DNA of 64,000 nucleotides from a virus: positions 1 through 64,000 of IMG/VR virus record IMGVR_UViG_3300032304_000826; one strand, given 5' to 3'. The translations under genes and the position numbers were made by a program. Numbering within the stretch: position 1 is the stretch's first letter; every line of letters starts with the position of its first letter. Below are positions 46,961-57,223 of the stretch, piece after piece. The notes below the pieces were generated by a model, which was given only the letters and a program-made list of their open reading frames with translations, had not been told where the DNA came from and made no database searches.

Positions 46961-49039
46961 TTACCCCCAGTTTAAGTTAGCGGAGCCTAGTACGGTCCAT
47001 GCGCTAGAAATACGAACTAGTGTAAATGTGAATACATCAATACGTCCAGCAACACTTGTTGGGGTTGGGGCCGCTGCCGCAGTCCATTTAATAGTTTGAG
47101 ATGTTCCCGCAATAGTTAATGCGCTTGGAATATAGCCAGTTGCACCTTGGGTAACAAAAACGTTAATGGTCATAATCTTATTGTTATCAGTAGGCACGTT
47201 TGTAAGAGCCACTGTAAAGTTTGCAGAAGGTGCGCTAGCAATCCAGTAGATGTTACCTGTAGACCAATCGCAAGCTGCTGAGTTAGAAGTAATAGTTGTT
47301 GCTACTAATGCTTCACGCATTTCTTGAATGTCAACTGTTCCGCTTAGTGATACTAAACCCGATGCGGTTAGTCCACCAACCTGTAGATCCGCATAAGCAG
47401 CCCCAGCTTCCGCAAAGTTTACAGTTGTAGTTGGTTTAGTTGTAGCGTCCTTAAAGATTTTAAATACGCCATCAGAAGCGTCACGAACTGCACCGCCGTA
47501 GTATCTACGGGCAGCTACCGAGCTACTGCCTGACGCAGCAGCTGAAGATACGTTTGCATTGGTTTTAGCATATGTAAATGTTGTTGAGGTAGGCACTGCA
47601 ATAATTGAGTAGGTACCGTTAAATGTAGCATCTACGCCAGTTATAACAGCCACATCTCCTGCACGATAGTTATGGCCAGCAGAGGTAGTAAGAGTTGCCA
47701 CATTTGAAGTTAACGCTTTGTTAGTAATTGTGCTAACTAGCGCTGCAATTGTACTTGCGTACTCAACTACTAAGCCTTCGTCAACAGCATCTGCTTGATT
47801 GCTTATACCAGAGAAGATCATAGGCGCAACAACTGCTAGGTTATCCGTAGTAGTAGCTCCTCCACCAAATGTGAGGTTACCAACGATAGACATATTACCT
47901 TCTACGTTGACGCTGCCTTGAATACCAACACCACCGACTACTGTTAAAGCACCTGTTGTAGATGAGGTAGATGGGGTATCAATTTCAATGTGTACGTTTA
48001 CATCTGGGGTAATTGACATTTGCTCATTGTCAGAAGCTAAGCCTCCAGCAGCAAAAATAAGCTTGTTCTCACTACCTTTGTCACCAGTAGCAAATACAAG
48101 GTTACCCTTACCAGTAGTTCCTACAGGAGCTTCTAGGAAAATGTAGCCGTCGTTTGCGCCAGTAATTGTAAACTCGGGGTCGTTAAAGTTAGAGGATGTA
48201 ATACCCATGTCAATGTAGCCAGCAAAGTCTGTACCATTATTTGCATAAGCAATGTAATCAGTAGATGAGTTTGTACCATTTCCTGAGTTTCTAAATGCAA
48301 TTTGTGCAAAGTCATCATCTGCATCAATAGCATATACAGCAGCTGCGTTGGTATATCCAGGAATAGTGGTTATTGTTCCTACAGTTGCTTGTGAAGCAAT
48401 ATTTCCTGCAGTCTTATCAAAAGTAAAGGTATTTAAAGTAGGCGTAGCGGTAATTTCATATGTGCCATCAAACGCAGCGTCTGCTGGGCTAAGGGCAATA
48501 GTTACGAACTGAAACGGGGCAAATCCGTGTGCGGTAGATGTAGTAATAGTCGCTACGTTAGAGGTCAAAGATTTTGTTTGAGCAGTCTTAGTAACAGTAC
48601 CTAAAGTTTCAGCATCTGTACGTGCTCCAGGACCTACGTATAGCTCTCCCGCAGTTGAGCCAACATCAAGGTCTCCGGTTACTCCAAGAGTTCCAAAAGA
48701 GTTAGACCAAGAGGCAGCAGTTCCGTCTGTCTTTAGAAACTTACCGGCGTTGCCTGTTTGTGTTGGGACTTGGCTTACAGTTGCAAACTGAAATGCAGAG
48801 CCAGTTGTCTGTAAGAATTGACCGTTTGTTCCTGCTGTAGGATCTGTGTACCCATCAATCATCTTAGACCAGTAGGCTGTATCTGTTGGGGCGTTGCCCG
48901 CGGTAGCGCCAGTGTTGATATAGGCGTAAAGGTTATTAGTGTACTTAACTACATCGTTAAGCTGGTATGTAGTGGCACCGCTATAGGTTCCCTTATAGGT
49001 AAAGCGAAGCTTACCTAAGTTAAAAATCTGAGCAGCCAT
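46961..49039 (-). CDS. tail fibre protein
   Basis: LGKLRF.YKG, one CBM5/12-like repeat, two beta-barrel repeats, C-terminal LGSANLN. Confidence 0.8.
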   Translation of the reverse strand: MAAQIFNLGKLRFTYKGTYSGATTYQLNDVVKYTNNLYAYINTGATAGNAPTDTAYWSKMIDGYTDPTAGTNGQFLQTTGSAFQFATVSQVPTQTGNAGKFLKTDGTAASWSNSFGTLGVTGDLDVGSTAGELYVGPGARTDAETLGTVTKTAQTKSLTSNVATITTSTAHGFAPFQFVTIALSPADAAFDGTYEITATPTLNTFTFDKTAGNIASQATVGTITTIPGYTNAAAVYAIDADDDFAQIAFRNSGNGTNSSTDYIAYANNGTDFAGYIDMGITSSNFNDPEFTITGANDGYIFLEAPVGTTGKGNLVFATGDKGSENKLIFAAGGLASDNEQMSITPDVNVHIEIDTPSTSSTTGALTVVGGVGIQGSVNVEGNMSIVGNLTFGGGATTTDNLAVVAPMIFSGISNQADAVDEGLVVEYASTIAALVSTITNKALTSNVATLTTSAGHNYRAGDVAVITGVDATFNGTYSIIAVPTSTTFTYAKTNANVSSAAASGSSSVAARRYYGGAVRDASDGVFKIFKDATTKPTTTVNFAEAGAAYADLQVGGLTASGLVSLSGTVDIQEMREALVATTITSNSAACDWSTGNIYWIASAPSANFTVALTNVPTDNNKIMTINVFVTQGATGYIPSALTIAGTSQTIKWTAAAAPTPTSVAGRIDVFTFTLVRISSAWTVLGSANLNWG

Positions 49040-49312
49040 CTACTCAACCTCCATAATAAGTTGGTCTGTGTTTGTAGTATCCCATGAAAAGTACAGTTCG
49101 TAAGGGGTTAGCGCAGTCGTATAATAAGTGTCCTCAAACCGTGCATATACTGTCCCGTCATCATTTACCTGTGGAACTACAATTTTAGCTGAAGTATCGC
49201 CCCACAAGTACTCTTCTACAGTCAACGTATCCGTTTTTGGATCATATTTAAAACCATAGAAATTCTGCTTTGATTTTGTAGAACTACCTGATAAGGATAA
49301 GAAACCGGCCAT
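49040..49312 (-). CDS. small fibre-associated protein
   Basis: FYGFKYD...LIMEV. Confidence 0.65.
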   Translation of the reverse strand: MAGFLSLSGSSTKSKQNFYGFKYDPKTDTLTVEEYLWGDTSAKIVVPQVNDDGTVYARFEDTYYTTALTPYELYFSWDTTNTDQLIMEVE

Positions 49313-49644
49313 TAGGCTGTGATCTCCGTTCCAAATACGCTTACGCTGAGGTTGTTATTTGCCCCATTGAGCGTTATTACATCCGCAGCATCCATAGTTA
49401 TGCCAAAAGAAAGAACAGTGCTGTCATTTCTAGAGATCGGTACGTCATAAGCAACATAGTGCTTGCTTTCTACTGTAGCCCCATTAGGACGAACAGATAA
49501 TCTGAAAGTGGTGCCGTCTGTACCCCTATTAACTACCACAATGCTGCTAATAATAGCTGTGGTACTTGGGGGTACAGTGTAGACGTTAGTATCAACGCCA
49601 GCCGTGGATACGACTTGCCCTAATACTTTATATGTTGTTGGCAC
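49312..49644 (-). CDS. small beta-sandwich virion protein (paralogue family)
   Basis: MPTTYKVLGQ...YVAYD...FGTEIT. Confidence 0.75.
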   Translation of the reverse strand: MPTTYKVLGQVVSTAGVDTNVYTVPPSTTAIISSIVVVNRGTDGTTFRLSVRPNGATVESKHYVAYDVPISRNDSTVLSFGITMDAADVITLNGANNNLSVSVFGTEITA

Positions 49645-49673
49645 TGTGTTCCTTCCTAAACTTGATTATTTTA

Positions 49674-51527
49674 CTAAATTGTTCCGAATAAAAATGGGTG
49701 TAGCGTATCTATAGCTGGACCAGTAGGCCCAGTTACACCTGCAGGCCCTGTAGGGCCTGTTGTTCCCGCAGATCCAGTTGGTCCTGTTGGACCAGTAACT
49801 GAGGGGCCAGTTGGGCCGGTAGGTCCCGCAACTGTAGAAGCAGCTCCAGTAGGGCCTGCCTCACCTGCAGGTCCTGTTGATCCTCTAGCGCCAGTAGGTC
49901 CCGTTGGACCAGCTACTGTGCTAGCCGCACCAGTTGGTCCTGTAGGACCTTCTGATCCTGCTGGACCTGTAGGGCCAGCTACGGTTGATGCTGCACCTGT
50001 TGCGCCTTGTGGTCCTGTGGGTCCTGTTGGACCGATATCAGAGTTAGCCCACTCAACCCAATATGAATCGTAGTAAACATAGTTTCGTGCATTGTTAGAG
50101 TTAAACCAAACATCTCCTGGATTTGGAGTAGAGGGTGCAGTTGCTCCCACATAAAAAATTCCTTGAGGACCAGTAGAGCCTGTAGGTCCTGTTGCTCCAA
50201 CACTTCCAGTTGGTCCTGTTACACCTTGTGAACCAGTAGGACCCTGAATATTTCCAACATTTGTCCAACTAGAAGTTGTTACTGACCAAACATAAAGTTC
50301 GCCATTTATTAAGTAACCTTGTCCTACAGAACCTGTTGGCTGAGCAGCTTGTAGTGCAGCCAGAGATGCGTAAGAACCAAGAATTGTAATTCCTGTTCCT
50401 TGTGGGCCAGTCGCACCAGTTGGACCAGTAACACCTTGAGGACCAGTAGGTCCAAGTAATCCTTGCGGACCAGTAGGTCCAGCCACTGTGCTTGCAGCAC
50501 CTGTCGCACCGGTAGCACCAGTTGGTCCCGTAGCACCAACTGCACCGGTAGGGCCAGTTACATTAGATGCAGCGCCAGTTGGTCCGGTAGGTCCTGTTGC
50601 TCCAATTGGGCCAGTAGGTCCAGTTACTGTAGACGCAGCACCAGTGGCGCCCGTAGCTCCAGTGGCACCTGTTGGTCCAATTAATCCTGTAGATCCGGTG
50701 GGACCAGTTGATCCAGTAGGGCCCACATTTCCCTGAGCTCCAGTAGGTCCAGTTGAACCCGTTGGTCCCACGCTTCCTGTATTACCTGTAGGTCCAGTCG
50801 CTCCACTTAATCCTGTGCTTCCTGTAGGTCCTGTAGATCCGGTTGGACCTTGGACTTGACCTACGTTATCCCAAGTAGCGCCTTCCCAAACATATAGTTG
50901 GCCGCCAATTAAATATGCATCACCTTTAACAGGATTTACTATTGCGCTTAACGCACCTACGTTAGCGAGTGTTCCCTGGATCTCTAGACCAGTTCCCATA
51001 GGGCCTGTAGGGCCTGTAGGACCCGCAACAGTCGATGCGGCTCCTGTAGGACCAGTTGCACCTGTAGGGCCTGTAAAACCCTGAATACCTTGATTACCTT
51101 GTGGGCCCGTAGGTCCAGCAACACCGGTAATACCTTGTGCACCTGTGGCACCAGTTGGTCCAAGAGGACCGGTATCTCCACGAGAACCTGTAGGGCCAGT
51201 AGATCCTATAGGGCCGGTAGCACCAGTAGGGCCAGGAACTGTAGAAGCTGCGCCAGTTGATCCAGTTGGGCCAGTAGCACCGGTTGCGCCTACTGCTCCG
51301 CCAGCTCCAGTTGGCCCAGTTGGGCCACGTACTGTAGATGCGGCTCCCGTAGGTCCGGTAGCTCCCGTAGGTCCGGTAGCACCATTTGTACCTGCAGCAC
51401 CAGTAGGGCCGGTAGGTCCTGTTGCTCCTGGAGCTCCAGCTGGGCCGGATCCGCCAGTATTTTCTCCAATGATTACAACAGTTGTGTCATCTGGAGTGAT
51501 TTCAATAATTTCAATTGGATCAGACAC
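49674..51527 (-). CDS. long collagen-like (Gly-X-Thr) protein
   Basis: Hundreds of residues of GPT/GAT/GST triplets, interrupted by AASTV and G..YLI.G.LYVW...W.NVG modules. Confidence 0.9.
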   Translation of the reverse strand: MSDPIEIIEITPDDTTVVIIGENTGGSGPAGAPGATGPTGPTGAAGTNGATGPTGATGPTGAASTVRGPTGPTGAGGAVGATGATGPTGSTGAASTVPGPTGATGPIGSTGPTGSRGDTGPLGPTGATGAQGITGVAGPTGPQGNQGIQGFTGPTGATGPTGAASTVAGPTGPTGPMGTGLEIQGTLANVGALSAIVNPVKGDAYLIGGQLYVWEGATWDNVGQVQGPTGSTGPTGSTGLSGATGPTGNTGSVGPTGSTGPTGAQGNVGPTGSTGPTGSTGLIGPTGATGATGATGAASTVTGPTGPIGATGPTGPTGAASNVTGPTGAVGATGPTGATGATGAASTVAGPTGPQGLLGPTGPQGVTGPTGATGPQGTGITILGSYASLAALQAAQPTGSVGQGYLINGELYVWSVTTSSWTNVGNIQGPTGSQGVTGPTGSVGATGPTGSTGPQGIFYVGATAPSTPNPGDVWFNSNNARNYVYYDSYWVEWANSDIGPTGPTGPQGATGAASTVAGPTGPAGSEGPTGPTGAASTVAGPTGPTGARGSTGPAGEAGPTGAASTVAGPTGPTGPSVTGPTGPTGSAGTTGPTGPAGVTGPTGPAIDTLHPFLFGTI

Positions 51528-52614
51528 TAAAATCTCCGCGAGTAGTGCTTACCTGACTTCTTGTAAAGACTTTGCCTTGCAAATAAGTTTTTTCAACTCC
51601 TAGGGATGTGGTCATTTGAATATCCCAATACGCAGTTTTTGGTAATCTAGCGGTCTCTTCTCCAGTTAAAGATAGAGTAAGTGTGTCTACCATTCCACCG
51701 GTTACTGAAGCAGACTTTGTAATAGTAAACGTTCCTACAATTACTGGCCCTACTTGATTTGCAGGGTACGTTGGGAATAAACGAATTTGAGAGAGTGGGG
51801 TAAGGGTAGAGATATTAGTGTTGAACTTAAGCTTGATAGCAAAGTCATCTCCAGCATACATAGACAGATCTCTTGTAGGGACTGGACTTGGAGGAGTAGC
51901 ATCCCCGTAATCTGGCATAGGTAGATAAACTCTTTGTGGCATAGACCCATCGTCGATTTCTTGTGGGCGATAAATAGGTACATAGCGATTAGTACGTCGG
52001 CTAATCTTGCGAAGTGTAAAGACCTCAATGCGGTGCATACCAAGACCAAGCAAAACGCACAGCTCTCGATACTGCTCTTTACGAGCAGTTACTATTTCCA
52101 TAAGTTGTCTAAAACGTTCAGACCGCGGAATAGACACGCCGTCTGGTGAAATAATGTCAATGTCAAAAGCTGAGTCAGTAGCTAGGGTGTATAAAGCCAT
52201 GCTGGCGGCTAATAGTACAAGTGGGTACTCATCAATAACTGGAAGTGAGGTTAGTGTCGCCCTACTACCATTGGTATCGGTTGTACTACGAGCATGCTCA
52301 CTAAAGGCAGTATTTACGTAATATTGAATTTCTGTATCTGTAAAGTACTTAAATGCGGTTCCTGAGATAGTTATTGTCGCATCTAGTGTTGGGGCGGAAG
52401 CTAGCTCTACCATCCCAGTAACTTCTTCAATTATTGCAGTAGAAGATACGTTAGTGCTTCCAACCCTAATTAATAAGGTTGTGCCCTTTACGGGGGCGTA
52501 TGTAAGTTGAAAACGTTTATTAGAACCGTCTCCTGTAAAGGTCTCTACGAAAGAACGACCCATGTCTCCGATTTCGGCACGAAGTCTATCTGAAAGAGCT
52601 GAAAGCGTTGCCAC
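51520..52614 (-). CDS. head-tail adaptor/neck protein with C-terminal Ig-like domain
   Basis: [37 protein letters not shown]; downstream of capsid. Confidence 0.6.
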   Translation of the reverse strand: MATLSALSDRLRAEIGDMGRSFVETFTGDGSNKRFQLTYAPVKGTTLLIRVGSTNVSSTAIIEEVTGMVELASAPTLDATITISGTAFKYFTDTEIQYYVNTAFSEHARSTTDTNGSRATLTSLPVIDEYPLVLLAASMALYTLATDSAFDIDIISPDGVSIPRSERFRQLMEIVTARKEQYRELCVLLGLGMHRIEVFTLRKISRRTNRYVPIYRPQEIDDGSMPQRVYLPMPDYGDATPPSPVPTRDLSMYAGDDFAIKLKFNTNISTLTPLSQIRLFPTYPANQVGPVIVGTFTITKSASVTGGMVDTLTLSLTGEETARLPKTAYWDIQMTTSLGVEKTYLQGKVFTRSQVSTTRGDFSV

Positions 52615-52641
52615 TAATCCTCCGACTTATCTGTAAATCTA

Positions 52642-52677
52642 ATCATCCAAGCATTTTGAATGTTAGTCAGTGTAAAC
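52642..52677 (-). promoter_or_regulatory. candidate late promoter
   Basis: GTTTACA-CTGACT-17bp-GATGAT; same geometry as 55146-55181 and 57724-57759. Confidence 0.5.
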
Positions 52678-52685
52678 AATAAGAA

Positions 52686-52721
52686 GCCCACTCTGACAGG
52701 AGGGCGTTAGTCAGAGTGGGC
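52686..52721 (-). terminator. 12-bp hairpin (terminator-like) with CCCTCCT loop
   Basis: GCCCACTCTGAC-TAACGCCCTCCT-GTCAGAGTGGGC-TTCTT on the minus strand. Confidence 0.7.
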
Positions 52722-52735
52722 AACCTAGTGGAGGC

Positions 52736-53101
52736 TTAGAGCCTGTCGTAAAGGTAGCCCTTCTCCTGAAGGTGTTGAGCCACTGCCTTAGACACTTTGT
52801 ACTTCTGACCGGATTTAAAAGAGTAATGATTACCCACACCGATAGTTACAAAGTCCAAATCTTCCGCTACTCGAATAACTGTTGAGTCGTCAGCTGAGGT
52901 AACCCCAACATTTTCAACTTCATCAATAACAGTAGGTTCGCCCGGAACTGTCAAATCGACAACTTCTGTCTCCATGCGTATTGCATCAACTGCAGTTGCG
53001 ATGGACATCTCTTCTGATCTCTTTGCTAGAGCTTCAGCATTTTGCTTAATTAGCTCTTCGCGTTGACGTCCAGTGACGTCTGTTACTTTTGCTTTTGCCA
53101 C
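52736..53101 (-). CDS. head-associated hypothetical protein
   Basis: Follows capsid; Y.F..GQKYKV...VA.HL.EKGY; SD AGGAG. Confidence 0.7.
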   Translation of the reverse strand: MAKAKVTDVTGRQREELIKQNAEALAKRSEEMSIATAVDAIRMETEVVDLTVPGEPTVIDEVENVGVTSADDSTVIRVAEDLDFVTIGVGNHYSFKSGQKYKVSKAVAQHLQEKGYLYDRL

Positions 53102-53126
53102 GATTATTATTCTCCTGTAAGTTTGT

Positions 53127-53159
53127 GTTGGGGGCGGATTTTAAGGCCCGCCCCCTAAC
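53127..53159 (-). terminator. GC-rich hairpin after major capsid gene
   Basis: GGGGGCGG...CCGCCCCC stem; no U-tract (stabiliser or weak terminator). Confidence 0.6.
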
Positions 53160-53167
53160 GGGTTAAA

Positions 53168-54244
53168 TTAGTTGGTTTCTGCTAGAACTACAGACTGATC
53201 TGTGATTAGACCTAGGCCGTAGATTGCGTACCAAGCAAGCGCATGCTCACGACCGAAGTCAAGAATACCGCCATCGCGGAGCTCAACTGGTAGAGAGATT
53301 GCGTGACCGAATGCATTGTCACCAATAAAGATAGCTGTGTAGCGATCCTTATTACCGTTACCGGTCTTTGTGATTGGTGTAGTGTAACCTCCACCAGTTG
53401 GGTATGCAATGCTGCCAGCAGCAACTGCGGTGTCAGCAGAGTATCCTGAACCTGCACCGTTTGTTACCTTCTGGATCTGTGTGGTCTCGATAAATACTGT
53501 GTCGTATAGACGACCAATTTCACCAAGCATGAAGTTACCTGGAGCTGCGTACTTTGTTACTTCGATAAACTCTGGGTTGTCGCGAAGCTTACGGCTCTGG
53601 TGTGGGTGAATGAATGCAACATATGTCTCACCTAGGCGAGGAATGTTCTTTGTTGCAAGTGTTTCTACTGCGTCCTTGACAACACCTGTGGTGAGGTCAA
53701 ATGCGCCAGTTAGAGATGCACGGTTAGTACCAGCGGTACCTGTTCCGTACCAGTCATTTGCAGCTGTAAGACCTGAGCGGTCGTAGCCGTAGATAACTGA
53801 AGATGCGGCCATGAGTGTGTCACGAGCCTGACCATCAAGGTATAGGGCCATGTTACGGCCGAGTAGACGTGAGGCTGAAGCCATTACGTCATCGAATGAT
53901 GCGTTGAGTAGGAGTTCAGAAACAGCAATTGCATAACCGTGTTCAGCAACTGTGATTGAGAATTGCTGAGCTGTTAGTGCCTTAGTTTCCATACGAACGC
54001 CTTCAACAAGCGTACCGGCAAAGCCGAGGTTGTTGTAACGCATAAAGTTAATCTGAAGACCTGGTGCAACTCCTAGTTCTGTCTTCTTAACAGCGAACTG
54101 TTCGAAGCGAAGAATAGGCATTGACTGGAAAAGGATTTCCTTTGACCAGATGGTCTGAATTGCTTGTGTAAGCTGGCTGTTAGCGCCAGAATACGCTGTT
54201 GGGGCAGCGGCTAAATTGCCGGTACCAGTTACGGCTGATGCCAT
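53168..54244 (-). CDS. major capsid protein (N4-gp56-like)
   Basis: LRFEQFA, L.EG, EHG.A, HP.Q...LR, GEIG.LY...FIET, D.GRE..LAWY; strongly biased codons. Confidence 0.9.
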   Translation of the reverse strand: MASAVTGTGNLAAAPTAYSGANSQLTQAIQTIWSKEILFQSMPILRFEQFAVKKTELGVAPGLQINFMRYNNLGFAGTLVEGVRMETKALTAQQFSITVAEHGYAIAVSELLLNASFDDVMASASRLLGRNMALYLDGQARDTLMAASSVIYGYDRSGLTAANDWYGTGTAGTNRASLTGAFDLTTGVVKDAVETLATKNIPRLGETYVAFIHPHQSRKLRDNPEFIEVTKYAAPGNFMLGEIGRLYDTVFIETTQIQKVTNGAGSGYSADTAVAAGSIAYPTGGGYTTPITKTGNGNKDRYTAIFIGDNAFGHAISLPVELRDGGILDFGREHALAWYAIYGLGLITDQSVVLAETN

Positions 54245-54300
54245 GTCGGTGTTACTCCTTAGTTAATTAATTAATTAATTGGTAGGTAATATCTTTAAAA

Positions 54301-55074
54301 CTATCCGAATATTCCCTTGCCACGATCAGTTGCTGCTTGTCCTAGCAACTTACCGCGATATTTTGCGTATTCAGTAACCGACATAGCGGCAATTTGATCC
54401 GCTGTGAACTGTTGTTGATCCGAATTAGTGTCGAGGGGTCCGGTTGGCGGCGCGGTTACCCGGCTGCCTGTCATTTCTTTACGAGCAGACTGCATAGCCT
54501 GCTGTGCAGATTCAAGGATACGGGATGACCGATCCTTTAGTCCCGCGATGCTTGCTTCAATTTCCTCGGCATTATTGCCTGAAACTAAATCAAGAAGTTC
54601 CGGGATTACGTTTTCTCGCTCTTCTTGTAGACGACGATTGCGGTAATCAGTTACTTCTGCGTACTCGCGCTCGCGCTCCAAAAGTTTGAAGGCTCTTTCA
54701 CGTTCTTGCGTTTCTGTCTCAAGACGCTCTGCCCATTCCTTCTCCTTTGATACAAGGAGTTGACGGACATCCATGTCTTCCTCAGCCTTCTTACGGGCTT
54801 CAGTTTCCTGTTCCGCACGAAGCTTCTCAGCTTCCGCCAGACGTTCTTCGCGCTCCTTCTTCAGAATGTTAAGTTCTTCTTTCAAAGAATCTATCTGAGG
54901 ATAGAGTTTGGACTTCTCCTGCTCTCTAACCCGACGAAGATCTTCTTCGGAGTAGGACTTATCAGGAGTTTGAGACTGCATTGGTGTTACAAGAGCTTCT
55001 GTTGCTACTGGCACGTCTTGGAAGAATGCTTCCTTGGCTGCCGGTGTATCAACAAGGTTTGCTGTTTCTGACAT
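54301..55074 (-). CDS. capsid scaffolding protein
   Basis: E/K/R-rich coiled coil; C-terminal MS..EYAKYR; between portal and capsid. Confidence 0.8.
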   Translation of the reverse strand: MSETANLVDTPAAKEAFFQDVPVATEALVTPMQSQTPDKSYSEEDLRRVREQEKSKLYPQIDSLKEELNILKKEREERLAEAEKLRAEQETEARKKAEEDMDVRQLLVSKEKEWAERLETETQERERAFKLLEREREYAEVTDYRNRRLQEERENVIPELLDLVSGNNAEEIEASIAGLKDRSSRILESAQQAMQSARKEMTGSRVTAPPTGPLDTNSDQQQFTADQIAAMSVTEYAKYRGKLLGQAATDRGKGIFG

Positions 55075-55145
55075 ATTTATTCCTTAGGTTTAAGAGGTCG
55101 TTGTCCGAATAAGTGCCACGATGACCTGCGGATATCGTTTGTAGT

Positions 55146-55181
55146 AGGTTGACAAATTTCTTAGGTTTTGTCAGCCTAAAC
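55146..55181 (-). promoter_or_regulatory. candidate late promoter for scaffold/capsid
   Basis: GTTTAGG-CTGACA-17bp-CAACCT. Confidence 0.55.
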
Positions 55182-55182
55182 T

Positions 55183-56892
55183 TTAGTTTTCCCCGTATTT
55201 CGAGTCTTCTTTACTTCCTCGACGTTGTGGGAGCTTAGTACCATATGCTTTTGTTACTAAGTCTGCTTGCATCTGCTCAATTGTTTGGGCCTCAAATGGA
55301 GTTACTATTCCTGGTTGGCCAGAAGGTCCAGGCCCAATGCCTGCTCCAGCCTCTTGTCCAGGAGCCATTTCCAGGCCCTGTCCTTCAGGTAGTAGTCCAG
55401 TGAGTGATGCAATAGCTGAGTTGATCTGTGACTTGATGAGGTTCAAAGCTCCATCGGCCTTGGCGTCTTCGATAAGCTCTGTACGAATTTCGTCTAGCTT
55501 CTCGTCTGGGAACTCTTCACCTAGGGTACGCAACGCACCTTCTCGGCTTTCCAAGTTCATGCTCATCTTTGTCTGGATTTCGTTCAAAAGAATTAGCTTG
55601 TCTAGTGGGAGAGGCTGTGGGAAGTGCACAGAGGTCTCATACGTTAATGGATCATTAGGGTCGCATACCTGCAGTTGATCCGATTTAATTGGGCCGTTAA
55701 AGTCTGGGTTGTATACAAATAGCTCTGGTTCCTTAACTGCAAGGGTTAAAAGAACAAGTTCGTTAATTCGCTTTAAACCTTCGCTATATTGAACGATCTT
55801 TTGATTGTATCGGTTCATAAGCGGCTGGTATTGAATAGCCAATGCAACACCTGAAGTGTTAGAAATTTGCTGTACTTGACCAAGTGCGGTTTCTGGAACA
55901 CCAATCATTTCGTGCATAGATGTCTTAATGATCTTTAAGTACTCCATAGCACCGACAAGGCCTTGTCCGCCACCTTCTAGGTTGAATACTTGAGCGTCTT
56001 TTGGTAGCCCGCCCCAGACCTTTTTAGGTCCCTTTTCTAGGGACGAGGCCTTAGCACCTGTAATAACAGTAACTGGTGCCGCATGGTAGTTAACAATATC
56101 TGAGATATCAGTAGCAATTTCGTTGTAGCTACGGTTTAAAACAATAATGTCGTGGCCATCTGAAAGGCCCCATGGAGAACCAGAAACACGTACGTTAGGT
56201 ATATGAATAACCGGAACAGTTCCTAGTGGGTTTGGCCGTGAATCAATAAGCTCATCATTAATATATTCTTCAATACGGTCATCTGTAAGGATTTCAGTGT
56301 ATGTGTATACCTGGCGTGTTCCTTCAAGGGAAGTACCCCAGAAACGATACTTAAGCTTAAATCGTATTAAACGTGAGCGATCGTGTGGGTGAAACTCTGG
56401 AAAACAAAATGAAGAGTTAAGCGGAAGTACTCGCACACGTCCTGGATGAGTACGGCCTACGCTATCTGTAAACGCTTCTTCATAGGCAACCTTTACGAAA
56501 CAGTCTCCAGAAACGCCGCCTTGCTGGCCCATTTCCCACATAACGCCATGCTTATCGTTATCTGTTTCCCACACTCTTTGTAGGATGTCGGGGATGATTG
56601 CTTCTGTTGCGTGAGGGCTACGGAATGAAGCTCCGCGACCAAAACTAAAATTTACTATGTAATCTGTGAAAGCTCTGTAATAGTTAAATACCATCTGTGC
56701 TTCGCCAATTTCACGGCGGTAAGCCCAATGGTGGCCAAGGTACATTGCCCAGTTAAGGGAGTATCTATTTAGGCGTGGACCATGAACTTCGAACTCTTCG
56801 TCAGCAAGTTCTACAAGTCCTAGTGGGGAAATGGAGATTGTTAAGTCGGATGAGGCTGCCCTGTAACTCGGTGGGCTAAAGTCAATACTCAC
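55183..56892 (-). CDS. portal protein (SPP1 gp6-like)
   Basis: FNY, G.VSGD.F.KV, NPLG.VP.IH.PN, WG.SD, SG.AL.I...PL. Confidence 0.88.
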   Translation of the reverse strand: MSIDFSPPSYRAASSDLTISISPLGLVELADEEFEVHGPRLNRYSLNWAMYLGHHWAYRREIGEAQMVFNYYRAFTDYIVNFSFGRGASFRSPHATEAIIPDILQRVWETDNDKHGVMWEMGQQGGVSGDCFVKVAYEEAFTDSVGRTHPGRVRVLPLNSSFCFPEFHPHDRSRLIRFKLKYRFWGTSLEGTRQVYTYTEILTDDRIEEYINDELIDSRPNPLGTVPVIHIPNVRVSGSPWGLSDGHDIIVLNRSYNEIATDISDIVNYHAAPVTVITGAKASSLEKGPKKVWGGLPKDAQVFNLEGGGQGLVGAMEYLKIIKTSMHEMIGVPETALGQVQQISNTSGVALAIQYQPLMNRYNQKIVQYSEGLKRINELVLLTLAVKEPELFVYNPDFNGPIKSDQLQVCDPNDPLTYETSVHFPQPLPLDKLILLNEIQTKMSMNLESREGALRTLGEEFPDEKLDEIRTELIEDAKADGALNLIKSQINSAIASLTGLLPEGQGLEMAPGQEAGAGIGPGPSGQPGIVTPFEAQTIEQMQADLVTKAYGTKLPQRRGSKEDSKYGEN

Positions 56893-56934
56893 TTGCCTTC
56901 ACTCTCCATAAATCTACTTTGCCCTCTCATTTGA

Positions 56935-57204
56935 TTAAACTATGCCCCGCTCTTTTTTCTCTCTCTTAATCTTTGAAATTTTTGCTTTTTTCTTATCTTC
57001 TAATTCTTTTTTAGGATCTCGTAATTTTGGATCTACTTCGTTGATTGAGCTTACCCAATCGCCGCCTTGTCTAGAATATTCTTGACTAGCCCATTTGTTG
57101 GCTGCTCTGTTGGTACCAGCGCCTGGGCGCTTTGTTGGATACTTAGCTTTCGCTTGTCGCATCAAGCTATTCCATAGCTTTTGATTCGCTGCTACTCTAG
57201 CCAT
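56935..57204 (-). CDS. small basic hypothetical protein
   Basis: N.KLW....AKAKY...AANKW...Y...GG.W; SD AGGAG. Confidence 0.7.
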   Translation of the reverse strand: MARVAANQKLWNSLMRQAKAKYPTKRPGAGTNRAANKWASQEYSRQGGDWVSSINEVDPKLRDPKKELEDKKKAKISKIKREKKERGIV

Positions 57205-57223
57205 TTATCTCCTAAATAATTAC

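Noticed and set aside
49645-49670. GTTTAGG here and at ~6815-6821 as further late promoters
   Set aside because: Both run straight into an SD and start codon without the downstream -35/-10 geometry.
49674-51527. Short 9-bp periodic repeats as CRISPR array or DGR template
   Set aside because: Codon-level Gly-X-Thr repeats, with no constant repeat-spacer structure and no reverse transcriptase in the window.
36823-51603. Many plus-strand ORFs with PVGPVG repeats and off-frame minus ORFs in the fibre region
   Set aside because: Mirror or alternative frames of collagen and Gly-rich genes.
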